DNA from: Escherichia phage Ec_YwIITB1
Length of the DNA stretch: 64,000 nt
Direction: 5' to 3' (one strand)
Sequence record: PQ356294.1
The position numbers and the translations under genes were made by a program. The stretch's first letter is position 1; each line of letters begins with the position of its first letter. Of the stretch, positions 49,290 to 59,367 are shown in pieces. A model generated the notes under the pieces. The model saw only the letters and a list, made by a program, of their open reading frames with translations, made no database searches and was not told where the DNA came from.

Positions 49290-49589
49290 TTATTCCTTAA
49301 TTCCTAGTACTTGTTTAAAAGTCTCGTCGTAATCAAGACTTTGGCCAGTTTGTTCTTTATGTTTGTATATAATATCACTTACTTCTGATAGCATATTTTT
49401 ATATGAACGAGTTAAAGCAGATTTAAGCACGCTGTATCTATCAGGAAATTTACCATGTTCATTATAATACGCTATTGCTAATTCACGGACTGCCTTTTCA
49501 GCAGTCTCCATATATTCTTTACGCTTGGTCATTTTAATCCAAAATATTATTAGGCATTGGTTGAACACTCGCAAGTTCTTCTCGGTCAA
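49290..49589 (-). CDS. hypothetical protein (nrdC.1-like)
   Basis: Minus-strand ORF; true start may be an internal ATG. Confidence 0.45.
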
Positions 49590-49875
49590 ATCTGTGTTTA
49601 CAATGGCGACATTTATAACGAAGATTATTAGTCTGCCAATGGACTAATTGCACCTGTTCAGTTCCACACTCAGGGCAATTAGGAACGTTTTTAGAAGCCC
49701 TTTCGCGACGTTCAACCATGACCATTACGGAATCCCAATTAATAGGGCTGCTATAATCATCACAACCGTGAATCTTTCCACGCATTTCCAGATCGTCTTC
49801 TTCACCAGCCATAATAATTTTAATTAGACTAGAATTACTTGAAGTTGCAATGTCTTCTAATAGACGCTTTTTCAT
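49534..49875 (-). CDS. zinc-ribbon protein (113 aa)
   Basis: CPECG...CRHCKH four-cysteine motif. Confidence 0.5.
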
Positions 49876-50801
49876 TTCAATACCTCAATAGCATTACGTA
49901 AACCATTTGCTTTTGCATTAAGAGCTTTTAACAATTTGGTGTGTTCTGCAATTTGGGCTTCAACTTCAATTAAACGAGCATTGAGATATTCGCGTTCTTC
50001 GCTCAGGTTATCAACCTTTTCTACTTTAGGTTCTTTTACAGCTGTCTTATATGTATTAGGGTTCTTCAGTTTAATTAGAATGCGTGAACTGTATAACATT
50101 GAACCATTATCTTCGGTTTCATCATACATTTCTACTACGTCCATGATTTTTAACATCATGCGAAGTTTATAAGACAACGAACGAATAGTTTTGTTGTGCT
50201 TATTAATTTCTTTAGCGTTCATGGTGCCAAGATTACGTGAGTAATAATAAGGAACCTGGATATTAATTAGTACTGATGAACCACCTGGCTTATGTGTTAC
50301 TTCATCAGCAATAACCCAGTCCTTAACATGAACTGTATTTGTACGGTCATCGCCCATGGTAAACAGTTTGCGAGCATGCTTAAAAAGCATATTCACTTGG
50401 TCATTGAATTGACAAGCGAATTTATCAGCAAATTTAGTTTCAGGAATGGTAGATAACCAATCAGCCAAGTGGGTCTTTTTAACATCGTTAACAATAGTAA
50501 ATTCAACCAAATCGGTTATAGATGTTGCAGATTTAATGAAGCTTGGCTTCATAAAGTTTTTAATGTTCTCGTGAGCTACAGTAGAAGATAACATACGAGA
50601 ACGTTTAAACCATTCAAGCAAATTGCCCAACGAATGAGAATAAGCGTTCTGAGTATCTTTACAGATATGATTTTCCTGGCCAACATATTGAAGGAAATCA
50701 CGAAGAATATTATTGATTACTGCTCTGTGTCCGATATTATAATTACGATGTTTAGTAATAAGGCTGTCAAAATAATCAATATAATGTTTACGAGTTTTCA
50801 T
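49872..50801 (-). CDS. hypothetical protein (309 aa) with C-terminal coiled coil
   Basis: Long ORF in the nrdC.x region. Confidence 0.6.
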   Translation of the reverse strand: MKTRKHYIDYFDSLITKHRNYNIGHRAVINNILRDFLQYVGQENHICKDTQNAYSHSLGNLLEWFKRSRMLSSTVAHENIKNFMKPSFIKSATSITDLVEFTIVNDVKKTHLADWLSTIPETKFADKFACQFNDQVNMLFKHARKLFTMGDDRTNTVHVKDWVIADEVTHKPGGSSVLINIQVPYYYSRNLGTMNAKEINKHNKTIRSLSYKLRMMLKIMDVVEMYDETEDNGSMLYSSRILIKLKNPNTYKTAVKEPKVEKVDNLSEEREYLNARLIEVEAQIAEHTKLLKALNAKANGLRNAIEVLK

Positions 50802-50853
50802 GTTCTTCTCACTTGGTTAATGATTTATACTCCGAGCCATCCTTGGCTTTAAA

Positions 50854-51855
50854 TTACTTAATTAACTGTAAAGCTTGTTCTAGACGATCCAGATGATTAA
50901 CAGATTCTTCCCAAATCCTTTTAGCTTGCTCATATTCTTTCTGCGCTTTATTAGAAATTTCTAGAGCTTCTTTATAAGCTTTTTCTAGTGCAATAACTTC
51001 TGGACGAATTTCTACAGGTTCAGGCGAATCGTCAAGACATTCCATTAGTTCCTCAAGTGTAATTTCTTCTTTAGGAGTATTCACAATTTCATCACATTTT
51101 TGTTGATAAATTTCTTTATCAGTCGGTGAGTACGCACATTTCACTTCACGGAGACTAACTACAATTTTATATCCTTCCCAACCGCATATATTCTTAAAAG
51201 GATACGTATGAATATTTTCTACTGTTTCCATACAAAGTAATGCGGTTTCTAATTGACGAGTTATAGTGCTAGCAATTGAGAAAAATTTATTAATGTTCTT
51301 TTGGTTAGTTTCTGGTGTAAAAAATCCATAATTCACAAAAATAGATACTTTATTTTTATCAAGTTCATATTCTTTTATGATAATCATATCAGAAGCCAAA
51401 GGATGAATTTGACGATAATCGCCATAGCATAATTTAGAAGCTGATTTTAGAATTTGCTTTTTGAAAAGTCTGAAATTACTAATCCAACGACGAGTAAAAA
51501 TATTCTCAGGGTCTTCTTTATTATTAAGATGATATGAATTAACATCACCGAACCAATTATATCCTACTACATCTTTAGTTCGTTTAATTTCTTTCCCAAA
51601 TTTACCGAGAATATCTTGGTTAACTAAATATGAAAGAAGACGAGAACCTTTGAAGGTTTCCTTAATATCATCTTTATATTCGCGACTAGAAATTTTATGA
51701 ACTTCATGAATAAATTTGTTGGAAGAGACAATACTTGCATCAGTATTATTGAGCCATTGATTGATAATGGAAATAACACTATTCTGACTAGACACAGGTT
51801 TAACTTTATCATCAATAACGCTATTGAATGATTTGATATATTCGTTACGAGTCAT
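50854..51855 (-). CDS. hypothetical protein (333 aa); start re-set
   Basis: ATG at 51855 (MTRNEYIKSF...) after GAGGAGA SD; track start 51906 lies in the promoter. Confidence 0.55.
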   Translation of the reverse strand: MTRNEYIKSFNSVIDDKVKPVSSQNSVISIINQWLNNTDASIVSSNKFIHEVHKISSREYKDDIKETFKGSRLLSYLVNQDILGKFGKEIKRTKDVVGYNWFGDVNSYHLNNKEDPENIFTRRWISNFRLFKKQILKSASKLCYGDYRQIHPLASDMIIIKEYELDKNKVSIFVNYGFFTPETNQKNINKFFSIASTITRQLETALLCMETVENIHTYPFKNICGWEGYKIVVSLREVKCAYSPTDKEIYQQKCDEIVNTPKEEITLEELMECLDDSPEPVEIRPEVIALEKAYKEALEISNKAQKEYEQAKRIWEESVNHLDRLEQALQLIK

Positions 51856-51883
51856 ATTAATCTCCTCAGTAGAAAGTAAGAAC

Positions 51884-51913
51884 ATTATACCACATCCTTG
51901 TGGCAAAGTAAAC
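51884..51913 (-). promoter_or_regulatory. early promoter
   Basis: Minus-strand GTTTACtttgccacaaggatgtggTATAAT; near-duplicate of the rIIA.1 promoter. Confidence 0.6.
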
Positions 51914-52173
51914 TAGTTTAGTGCATTTAGTGCATTGTTCAGTTTAGAACGTTGCTTCGTAAGATTTTTGACTTTTTCTTGAGCTTTTTCTAGCATCTTT
52001 TCAGCTTCTAACACTTCATTAGTTGCTTTAACGAGTTCATCATCTACTGCCTTGATGGACTTCTCAATCGCATCCGCATGCCATTTTTCAACAGGTTTAA
52101 GACTCGGATTTTCAACAGGAAGAAAATTCGCTTTATTGAATTTCCATGCATCTTCATTACCTGAACTATACAT
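51913..52173 (-). CDS. hypothetical coiled-coil protein (86 aa)
   Basis: Minus-strand ORF; weak SD. Confidence 0.45.
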   Translation of the reverse strand: MYSSGNEDAWKFNKANFLPVENPSLKPVEKWHADAIEKSIKAVDDELVKATNEVLEAEKMLEKAQEKVKNLTKQRSKLNNALNALN

Positions 52174-52211
52174 CCAAAATTTAGGATCGTTTGATGAGTA
52201 ATTGGATAAAT

Positions 52212-52877
52212 TTAAGTTATCTTGTACTTCATGCTTTTTCTCTTGAACGGAACTTCATCCTTTCTCAAAAAATCGTATTTAAATGAAACGATCATATCAA
52301 GTTCATACGTTGTTGTATGTTCCCAATTTCGCTCAAAATGAGGTAAAATCTTAGACTGAACTGCGGCAACAACATCCATATACTTAAATGCTTCTGTCAA
52401 CTGTGATTTAAGGCATTCGCAAATTGAAAGAGAATTTTTTGTATTAGGTTTAAAGCTAATTCGCGCAGTTCTGCTATTTTCTTTTAATGGTCTTACTTCC
52501 ATCTGAAGAGTATAACCATCAAATTTCAGATTCTTTAAGTTAATATCAGAACCTTTTAATCGACTCGCAATTGATAAAATTTGTTTTAATTGTTTACGGA
52601 ATAGAGCAATAAATCTCCATTCAATACGATAATGATTTGGATTGAAAAATCCAGATGATAAATCGACCTTACTTTGGCCGACACCTTGAACAAATAGAGG
52701 ATTTTTATAATTAATGGTTTTACAGAAATCAGTGAGCTGCTCACGAGCAGTCATTTGTGTAATATATCCTGCTTGGTTAAAATTGCGCACCCATTCACTG
52801 CTGTTCAGATGTTTAAAGGCATGAATGGAACAATTAACTTTACCAAGGTCTAAATTATTTTGACACAAAAACGTCAT
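52212..52877 (-). CDS. hypothetical protein (221 aa)
   Basis: Minus-strand ORF; ATG overlaps the stop of a 21-codon upstream ORF (ATGA). Confidence 0.5.
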   Translation of the reverse strand: MTFLCQNNLDLGKVNCSIHAFKHLNSSEWVRNFNQAGYITQMTAREQLTDFCKTINYKNPLFVQGVGQSKVDLSSGFFNPNHYRIEWRFIALFRKQLKQILSIASRLKGSDINLKNLKFDGYTLQMEVRPLKENSRTARISFKPNTKNSLSICECLKSQLTEAFKYMDVVAAVQSKILPHFERNWEHTTTYELDMIVSFKYDFLRKDEVPFKRKSMKYKIT

Positions 52878-52947
52878 AGCATCACGAGTATAGCTGGCAT
52901 TACGAGAACCATATCTTCAATTTGAGAACGAGTTTTCATGGTATTCC

Positions 52948-53853
52948 TTAAGATTTAAGTAAATCGACAATTTTAATTAACTTTTCACGCTCAGATTTAG
53001 CTTTACTACTCAGTCCAGATAGTCTGAAAATTTCATCATCATATTGTTGAATAGAAATATTCAGCTCTTCAATCTGTTTATTAAAATAATCAATTTGTTC
53101 AGAATGTTTTTCGTTACTACGAACCGGTACAGGTTTTGTAGGCAATGTAGTTGAACTGGATTCATTCGGGCGATAAATTAAAATACAACTTGAACCAATA
53201 GGACATTTTGCCCCAGATGAATATTCTAATGTTCCAGCTTCTTTTAAAACTTCAAAAGCTAAACATAGATGATGGCCCATATTGACATAATCTGTAGAGT
53301 GAGCTCTGATGTAATAATCATCTCCACGAATACTAAATTTAAAGCATTTAAGGTCTTCTGTATTATTGGTCTTAAAAATCATTTGTTTATCTAGACCTTT
53401 AGCTAATCGAGCGCCTAATGCTAATAATCGGCGTTGATTTTCCCACAAATCCGTAATCATTTGATCGAATGATAATTTTGGCATTAGTCGACCATAAAGG
53501 TCATATCCTTTATTATAATTACGAAGGATTTCACTCGCGTTAATACGAGATAATGCTCCAATTTTATTAAGGGCTTTCATAATGCGATTAGATAAACTCA
53601 TTCCAGATCCGTTTGTTCGCTGCAAATGTTTTTCTAATCCAAATCCAATATCAACTTTAAACTTATCTAAAATTTCGGCATGAACATCTTTATCAATAAC
53701 ATCCAAATCCAGAGCTGAGTTAAATCTATGAAAAAATTTATCTGGCTCTGCACTGCGAAATACAGTCCATTCATTCATCATTTTTTTATTAACTAAAGAT
53801 TTAATTACTGCATTGACATTATTAATTACTACTGACATACTTTCCTCACTCAA
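52948..53853 (-). CDS. hypothetical protein (301 aa)
   Basis: Long ORF with C-terminal coiled coil. Confidence 0.6.
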   Translation of the reverse strand: MSEESMSVVINNVNAVIKSLVNKKMMNEWTVFRSAEPDKFFHRFNSALDLDVIDKDVHAEILDKFKVDIGFGLEKHLQRTNGSGMSLSNRIMKALNKIGALSRINASEILRNYNKGYDLYGRLMPKLSFDQMITDLWENQRRLLALGARLAKGLDKQMIFKTNNTEDLKCFKFSIRGDDYYIRAHSTDYVNMGHHLCLAFEVLKEAGTLEYSSGAKCPIGSSCILIYRPNESSSTTLPTKPVPVRSNEKHSEQIDYFNKQIEELNISIQQYDDEIFRLSGLSSKAKSEREKLIKIVDLLKS

Positions 53854-54277
53854 TTTTACTAAATATACAGAATAAGATGGAACAGACTATATAAGCACCA
53901 CACACAGATTGAACTAATACCATTCCAAAGAACCAAACAATATTATCAAACAATGTCTGTTTTACGTCGAAAGGACGTAAACTTACAGTAATATTATCAC
54001 CTTTTTCTATTGAAGAATACATCTCTGGGGAAATATATTCACTAAATCTATAACCGTCTTTGAGTTCATATACGGCAATAAACGATAAATTAGACCCTTT
54101 TCCTTGTGTTCCTGTAATGGTATTAACTACAGTAACACCATAATCTTTATAATGCATATAATCATTAATTGCGTAATAACCATATGCAATTACTACACAT
54201 AAACAACATATCAATAAATTCAATCTTTTAATTATCAACCGTTTCATAATAATCTCAATTAAAGGGCTTAGAACCAT
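53846..54277 (-). CDS. hypothetical membrane protein (143 aa)
   Basis: N- and C-terminal hydrophobic segments. Confidence 0.5.
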   Translation of the reverse strand: MVLSPLIEIIMKRLIIKRLNLLICCLCVVIAYGYYAINDYMHYKDYGVTVVNTITGTQGKGSNLSFIAVYELKDGYRFSEYISPEMYSSIEKGDNITVSLRPFDVKQTLFDNIVWFFGMVLVQSVCGAYIVCSILFCIFSKIE

Positions 54278-54301
54278 TATACCATCCTTGGTATAAAGCG
54301 G

Positions 54302-54829
54302 TTATGCGAGTACCGTCTTTAACCGTTCTTCAAACTTCCGAAGAGTATTTTGGCGTTCAGCTCTTTGCTTTTTGTAAGTTTCAATACGCTCTGAAATGAG
54401 AGTGTATCGTTCATTTACCGATTCTTTCATAAAATCAGGAATTTCACGAGAAGCTTTAATCTCGTCAAATTTATCAATAACAGCTTGCTCTTCAGCAATT
54501 AAATTATCATACATTAAAATATCTTTCTTGATGAACTCAATATCTTCTTGAGTTACACGAGATAATTTAGATGCTTTATCCTTTTTGTACTGTTTATTAG
54601 TATCACGAGACCAGTGCAATGTACGATTTTTATTCGTATTTTTGTAAATTTCTACAATACCGATCTCATCAATAATAACGATCCAATTCCAACGGGATTT
54701 GTAAATTTGTCCTCCATCAACAGTGATTTCACCTCCGATTGAGATGTCGTTAAAGAACTTGCTTTGTGCTTCAGATTTAAATTTACCATCGTTGTAATTT
54801 ACCAAGTTGAAAATATCTTTAGCGTTCAT
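54302..54829 (-). CDS. hypothetical protein (175 aa)
   Basis: First gene downstream of the early promoter at about 54857..54887. Confidence 0.55.
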   Translation of the reverse strand: MNAKDIFNLVNYNDGKFKSEAQSKFFNDISIGGEITVDGGQIYKSRWNWIVIIDEIGIVEIYKNTNKNRTLHWSRDTNKQYKKDKASKLSRVTQEDIEFIKKDILMYDNLIAEEQAVIDKFDEIKASREIPDFMKESVNERYTLISERIETYKKQRAERQNTLRKFEERLKTVLA

Positions 54830-54856
54830 TTTGTGTTCCTCCGTAGTTGATAGTTG

Positions 54857-54887
54857 TATAGTACCACAGAGGAACAGTCTTGTAAAC
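54857..54887 (-). promoter_or_regulatory. early promoter module
   Basis: Near-identical copy of the 3271..3301 module. Confidence 0.6.
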
Positions 54888-54889
54888 CA

Positions 54890-55204
54890 CTAAAAGAAAC
54901 TTCTTTCACAATTTTTTCCACTGAACCATGCACTTACCGCTTTCTTGGTCTCAGGAGCAGTGTTATCCATAAACCATTCAAAGGCAGCCTTTTTATGATT
55001 CTGGAGGGCTTCTCGGGCTTTAATCTGCTCACGGTCTATTAACACTAGCATGTGAGCCTTTCTTGTCACCATGGGCTTCTTATGATTTTTTGAATACTCC
55101 CAGTCATTTGTCCATCGCATTGTTGTTGCGAACTGAAATACTGCTTCTTTAATTTTAGTTTCGTAAATTTCACGAGCCTTTGAGTATAACATCATTACCT
55201 CCAT
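54890..55204 (-). CDS. hypothetical protein (104 aa)
   Basis: Minus-strand ORF. Confidence 0.5.
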   Translation of the reverse strand: MEVMMLYSKAREIYETKIKEAVFQFATTMRWTNDWEYSKNHKKPMVTRKAHMLVLIDREQIKAREALQNHKKAAFEWFMDNTAPETKKAVSAWFSGKNCERSFF

Positions 55205-55293
55205 TCACCGGTTTAATTCTAGTCATCTTTTTAATGGCAGTCCATATAATCTATTTCTGAACTGCCTTTTTGTCATAGAAGTCCTCTTATGAA

Positions 55294-56274
55294 TTATTTC
55301 AGAAGAGTAACCTCAGCGATTTCTTCCCAACCGTTTTTGTCGGTCATAATAAAGTCAGCAAGATAAAGAGCAGTACGCAGTGAAACATTGCGCAAACGGT
55401 TAACATTAACTTTCATCCATGATAATGCTTTATAAGTTTCTTCATCAGAAAGACCGCGCTTTTGCATCATGTCAGTTGAAAGAATAACATCTTCAACCCT
55501 GACCATAATTTCTTCATTAGTGTGAACACCCAAATCCAAATAAACCGAGCGGGACACTAATGCTTGTAAGTGTGGAGCAAGTTTAGTACCACGGTCTAAT
55601 TCGCGGTCAATGTCAACGTTTGTGATAAAAACAATCGTTCCTTTAAATTCAAACTCACGCTCAATGCCTTTTTCTTCTAAGAAAGAAGATGCAGTGCTCC
55701 AGCAGACTTTACGGGTCTCTCCAGTGTCCAGAGCGGCTTTTAGAAGATTAAGAATATCCATATCAGAGAAAACATCCACATCATCAATCAAAAGGACAGA
55801 ATTCTCTTCACGATTATTCCAAAGCTGCTCATAAAGACCAATACCAGAGATTTTACCATTAATACTTTTATATTCAATGTATCCAATATCATTTGCTTTA
55901 TTCAAAGCTTTATCTAAAGAATACGTTTTACCAATACCTGCTGCGCCAGAGATAATCAATGAACGAATATTTCCATTAATAATACCATTCGTCATCATTC
56001 CCATAACATTAAATCTTTTATTAATGCGGGTTTTCATATCTTCATATGATTCTTTAACTTCTTCAACTTTTACACCATCATATGAAATATCTGATTTGTA
56101 AACCCAAACACCGCGGCGCTTACCGTCAATTTCAACAAAAACTTTACCATCTCCTTGTGCATCTACCGGAGCATTATCTGGGAACCATTCGCCTAAAAGC
56201 TCAAAAGTTCCAGAGATTTCTTTACCGAAGTAGATACCCTTATTGATAGTTACAGTTTTCATTTTATTCCCCAA
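55294..56274 (-). CDS. P-loop ATPase (nrdC.10-like)
   Basis: 326-aa ORF with Walker A GAAGIGKT and Walker B LLIDDVD. Confidence 0.65.
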   Translation of the reverse strand: MGNKMKTVTINKGIYFGKEISGTFELLGEWFPDNAPVDAQGDGKVFVEIDGKRRGVWVYKSDISYDGVKVEEVKESYEDMKTRINKRFNVMGMMTNGIINGNIRSLIISGAAGIGKTYSLDKALNKANDIGYIEYKSINGKISGIGLYEQLWNNREENSVLLIDDVDVFSDMDILNLLKAALDTGETRKVCWSTASSFLEEKGIEREFEFKGTIVFITNVDIDRELDRGTKLAPHLQALVSRSVYLDLGVHTNEEIMVRVEDVILSTDMMQKRGLSDEETYKALSWMKVNVNRLRNVSLRTALYLADFIMTDKNGWEEIAEVTLLK

Positions 56275-56295
56275 ATCCGTATCAGTTGATAGTTG

Positions 56296-56326
56296 TATAG
56301 TACAATAAAGCTTTATGCTTGTAAAC
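56296..56326 (-). promoter_or_regulatory. early promoter module upstream of the P-loop ATPase gene
   Basis: Minus-strand GTTTAC...TACTATAC and GGGGA SD. Confidence 0.55.
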
Positions 56327-56356
56327 CGTTTTGCGAAAAATTTTTAAAATAAAAAA

Positions 56357-56374
56357 GGGAGCCCGAAGGCTCCC
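56357..56374 (-). terminator. intrinsic terminator downstream of the nucleotidyltransferase-like gene
   Basis: GGGAGCCUUCGGGCUCCC followed by UUUUUUAUUUU. Confidence 0.7.
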
Positions 56375-56376
56375 TA

Positions 56377-57390
56377 TCATTTATAATAACTTCGGTGGTT
56401 TTCAAGATAAACCCTCTCAAGGAAGTCATCCCAGAAACCCATGTCTACTTTTTGCTGCATACCGTTCTTAGAAGCTTCAATGGATGCTGCTTCTACTTGA
56501 TCGACCACATCTTCCAAAAACTCTTGAACAGTTTTAAATGGATGTTTACCCAACTTCACGTCGAGAATAAATGGAGCGTCTTGAAGTGGATAGACTAGGT
56601 CACCAGTTTTGTAAATTTCCAATAGTTGGAGTCCACCACGACAAGCATGACTCAGAGCTTTCCAGTCAATGCCCTCATTAGCTTCGGCCTTACGAGCGCG
56701 TTCGCCATATTCAGCATCTAATTTATTCAGTGACTGCTTAAGCTCAATAAGAGAAAGTGTTGTTTGATATTTACGACCCAACACGGTGTAGAACGTTTGT
56801 GGACCTGTTTTCTCATGATTATGGAATACCCATTCACAGAATTCGTTCTCTGGAAGACGATGCTTAATATCTTCAACTTTAGTTCGACGTTGCTTAATGG
56901 AACCGTCTTCTTGGTAATCAACCCATTGCTCAGGGATTTGATTAACTACTTTCAATACATCACGTAATGCGGCCAAACGAGAACCCTTAACACCATATTT
57001 AGAAGCTTGCTTGCGAACATATCCTAAATAGGATTTCATGTTAGTCGTATAAAAACGAGAACGATTGTCTTGAATAAACTTCCATACATCAGGCAAATCA
57101 GATTTAACTACCAGTTCAGGTGGAGTGTGGAGCATATCCAATGCTACAGTTTCACCATCTGCTGCTAATTTAAAGAAATACTTAAGACTGTATAGTTCAT
57201 GGTCAATATCATCTTTAGTGTTTTTAGATGATGTGCTGTTAGTGTTTTTACTCATATGCTCTTTAACATTTCCGATAAGAATATCACGAGCAGGAGGAAC
57301 AAAGATTTCTTTAAAATCTACATCAGATTCTGGAGTAGAAGTTCCATAAAGATGACTACCAAAATAGCTTTTCATTACTGTTTTCATCAT
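56377..57390 (-). CDS. nucleotidyltransferase-fold protein (nrdC.11-like)
   Basis: 337-aa ORF with N-terminal GS...DVD motif typical of pol-beta-superfamily nucleotidyltransferases. Confidence 0.55.
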   Translation of the reverse strand: MMKTVMKSYFGSHLYGTSTPESDVDFKEIFVPPARDILIGNVKEHMSKNTNSTSSKNTKDDIDHELYSLKYFFKLAADGETVALDMLHTPPELVVKSDLPDVWKFIQDNRSRFYTTNMKSYLGYVRKQASKYGVKGSRLAALRDVLKVVNQIPEQWVDYQEDGSIKQRRTKVEDIKHRLPENEFCEWVFHNHEKTGPQTFYTVLGRKYQTTLSLIELKQSLNKLDAEYGERARKAEANEGIDWKALSHACRGGLQLLEIYKTGDLVYPLQDAPFILDVKLGKHPFKTVQEFLEDVVDQVEAASIEASKNGMQQKVDMGFWDDFLERVYLENHRSYYK

Positions 57391-57848
57391 TCAGCCTTAT
57401 ATTCAATAACAGGACATACTTTAGCTTTACGCGCTTTTAAAAATTCGACGATAATAGATTTCTTGGGTTGAATAGGAGGTAAACCTTTATACGCTCTATC
57501 AATATTTTCTACATGTAAAGCATAATCCTTTTTCCATTTATAATCTTTATATTTTTCATGCAGTTGTGCAGGAATAACAAATGAACCAATAATAAGTAAA
57601 ACAAGCAAAATGGCAAGTATAAATGCTGATGGAATAAGAGTCCATAAACTACCAAAAATAAGCCATTTCTGTATGATTTCTGCGCAGATGATAGTTAGAC
57701 CTGCGAGCATAGTACATCCGAATAAAGAAACGAAAAATGTAGGGATAACAATAGACCAAAAATACGCGCACAGTGTCTTAGGTCGTTTCCATTCGTCGTT
57801 AAACATTTTGAATAATTTATAATGCCAAGAGTTTTCATTAATAACCAT
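57387..57848 (-). CDS. hypothetical multi-pass membrane protein (153 aa)
   Basis: Several hydrophobic segments; ATGA-coupled. Confidence 0.5.
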   Translation of the reverse strand: MVINENSWHYKLFKMFNDEWKRPKTLCAYFWSIVIPTFFVSLFGCTMLAGLTIICAEIIQKWLIFGSLWTLIPSAFILAILLVLLIIGSFVIPAQLHEKYKDYKWKKDYALHVENIDRAYKGLPPIQPKKSIIVEFLKARKAKVCPVIEYKAE

Positions 57849-57850
57849 AA

Positions 57851-58372
57851 TTATCCTTTCATTGAAGGTGTAACAGTTGTTAAATACTTAATCATAGCTT
57901 CAGCTTCTGATTTTGATAATGAAATTTCTCCATTGTTTTGACGAATAGAAATAAAATCCGGATGACGGTCACCACCAGCTTTTAAAATACACATATAAGT
58001 ATCAGTTTCATCTTCAATATCTGAAATAATTGAAGCAGTTCCACATGAATGTGGTTTTTGATAAATCAATGCAGCTTTTCTTCCACCGTTTGACTGTTCA
58101 TAAACTTTTAACACATCAAACAAATCGCTTCTTTTATCAATAGCTAAGATGTTGTTTTCATCTTCAATATTAAATCCTTCGGATACTTCATAAAGTGTCA
58201 CCCATAAATCACCTATATCGATAGTAGCATTTCCTTTTCCACGACTTTCAAGAATATGACAAATTTTCTTGATTTCGTCATAACTCATTTTAATAATATC
58301 ATCTCCTTGAATAAGGAAGATGTCATTTTTAAATTCAACACGAATTAAACCACTTCCACTTGAAATAAACAT
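57851..58372 (-). CDS. hypothetical protein (173 aa), paralog A
   Basis: C-terminal motif EAEAMIKYLTTVTPSM shared with the next ORF. Confidence 0.5.
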   Translation of the reverse strand: MFISSGSGLIRVEFKNDIFLIQGDDIIKMSYDEIKKICHILESRGKGNATIDIGDLWVTLYEVSEGFNIEDENNILAIDKRSDLFDVLKVYEQSNGGRKAALIYQKPHSCGTASIISDIEDETDTYMCILKAGGDRHPDFISIRQNNGEISLSKSEAEAMIKYLTTVTPSMKG

Positions 58373-58378
58373 ATTTCC

Positions 58379-58933
58379 TCACTTTGAAATCATAGTTGGA
58401 ATGACAGAATCGAGATAAGTCTTTAGCGCAATAGCTTCGTCTTTGGTAAATGTGACAATATGCGATCGAAAATCATCAATTTGACGAATAGTTAAGACAT
58501 CACCATCTTCATAGCATTTTGATATGTTTAAAACAGTTTCATCATTCTGATTGCAAGCGTTAGTAATAATAGCATTGCAATTTTTGAGCCATTTTAAACT
58601 ATGTTTTCTTTCATTAGAATAATAAAAATATTTAATCTTATCTATAAAACTATCCCAATGAATAACTGATAGGCATATTGACTCACTTTTAATATTAAAT
58701 CCTGGGCATGAAGAATAAAAATGAATTTTGTGCTCATCATTGATGCTTACTATTTTATCAGTATAAGGATATTCAATTTGGGTTAAATGAATGATTTCAC
58801 TAGGCGTAAAATATAGCATATCGTCTTCTTGCGTCAAACGATACATATTATTTACTTTTTCTATAGCTAATTCACCAAAAAGCGGACTAACTTCTAATAC
58901 TAATCGTTTCATATTAATCCTTTTTATTGGCAT
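58379..58933 (-). CDS. hypothetical protein (184 aa), paralog B
   Basis: C-terminal motif EAIALKTYLDSVIPTM. Confidence 0.5.
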   Translation of the reverse strand: MPIKRINMKRLVLEVSPLFGELAIEKVNNMYRLTQEDDMLYFTPSEIIHLTQIEYPYTDKIVSINDEHKIHFYSSCPGFNIKSESICLSVIHWDSFIDKIKYFYYSNERKHSLKWLKNCNAIITNACNQNDETVLNISKCYEDGDVLTIRQIDDFRSHIVTFTKDEAIALKTYLDSVIPTMISK

Positions 58934-59192
58934 GAATTTGTTTTAAAATTTTAGAGTATTCCTTTGTATCAGATTTACGTACAATCGATACACTATAAGG
59001 CATACTATCTGTGTCTTTTATAAAACGTTCCAAATGACACTCTAACAAAATTTCTGGATTATAAATCGTGTACATCAAATTACCTGTTGCTCCACGATAT
59101 TGGCAGATTTCTACTGATTGAGCATCATTCCACAATTTTGTTAAGACTAAATCACCTACTTCTAATTTCGGAAAGCTCACATTATTCACCAA
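58914..59192 (-). CDS. hypothetical protein (92 aa)
   Basis: Minus-strand ORF. Confidence 0.45.
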   Translation of the reverse strand: MVNNVSFPKLEVGDLVLTKLWNDAQSVEICQYRGATGNLMYTIYNPEILLECHLERFIKDTDSMPYSVSIVRKSDTKEYSKILKQIHANKKD

Positions 59193-59367
59193 TTAAAGTT
59201 TCAATATAAGAATCAAGATTTACTTTAGCTTCTTCCATAAGAGTTTTGTATTTAATCTTGTTAGCATATCCAGAGAAAGCTGATTCATCAATAACTGTTG
59301 ATGTATGAACAGCTTTACTATACATCTCAATTAATTCTCTTAATTTAAAAGCCTGCTCACTTGTCAT
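59182..59367 (-). CDS. small helical protein (61 aa), member of a approx. 60-aa paralog family
   Basis: N-terminal SxEQ...L and C-terminal ...YIETL motifs. Confidence 0.5.
   Translation of the reverse strand: MTSEQAFKLRELIEMYSKAVHTSTVIDESAFSGYANKIKYKTLMEEAKVNLDSYIETLIGE

Noticed and set aside
51624-51815. Track ORF 51624..51815 nested in 50854..51855
   Set aside because: Alternative frame inside a longer same-strand ORF.
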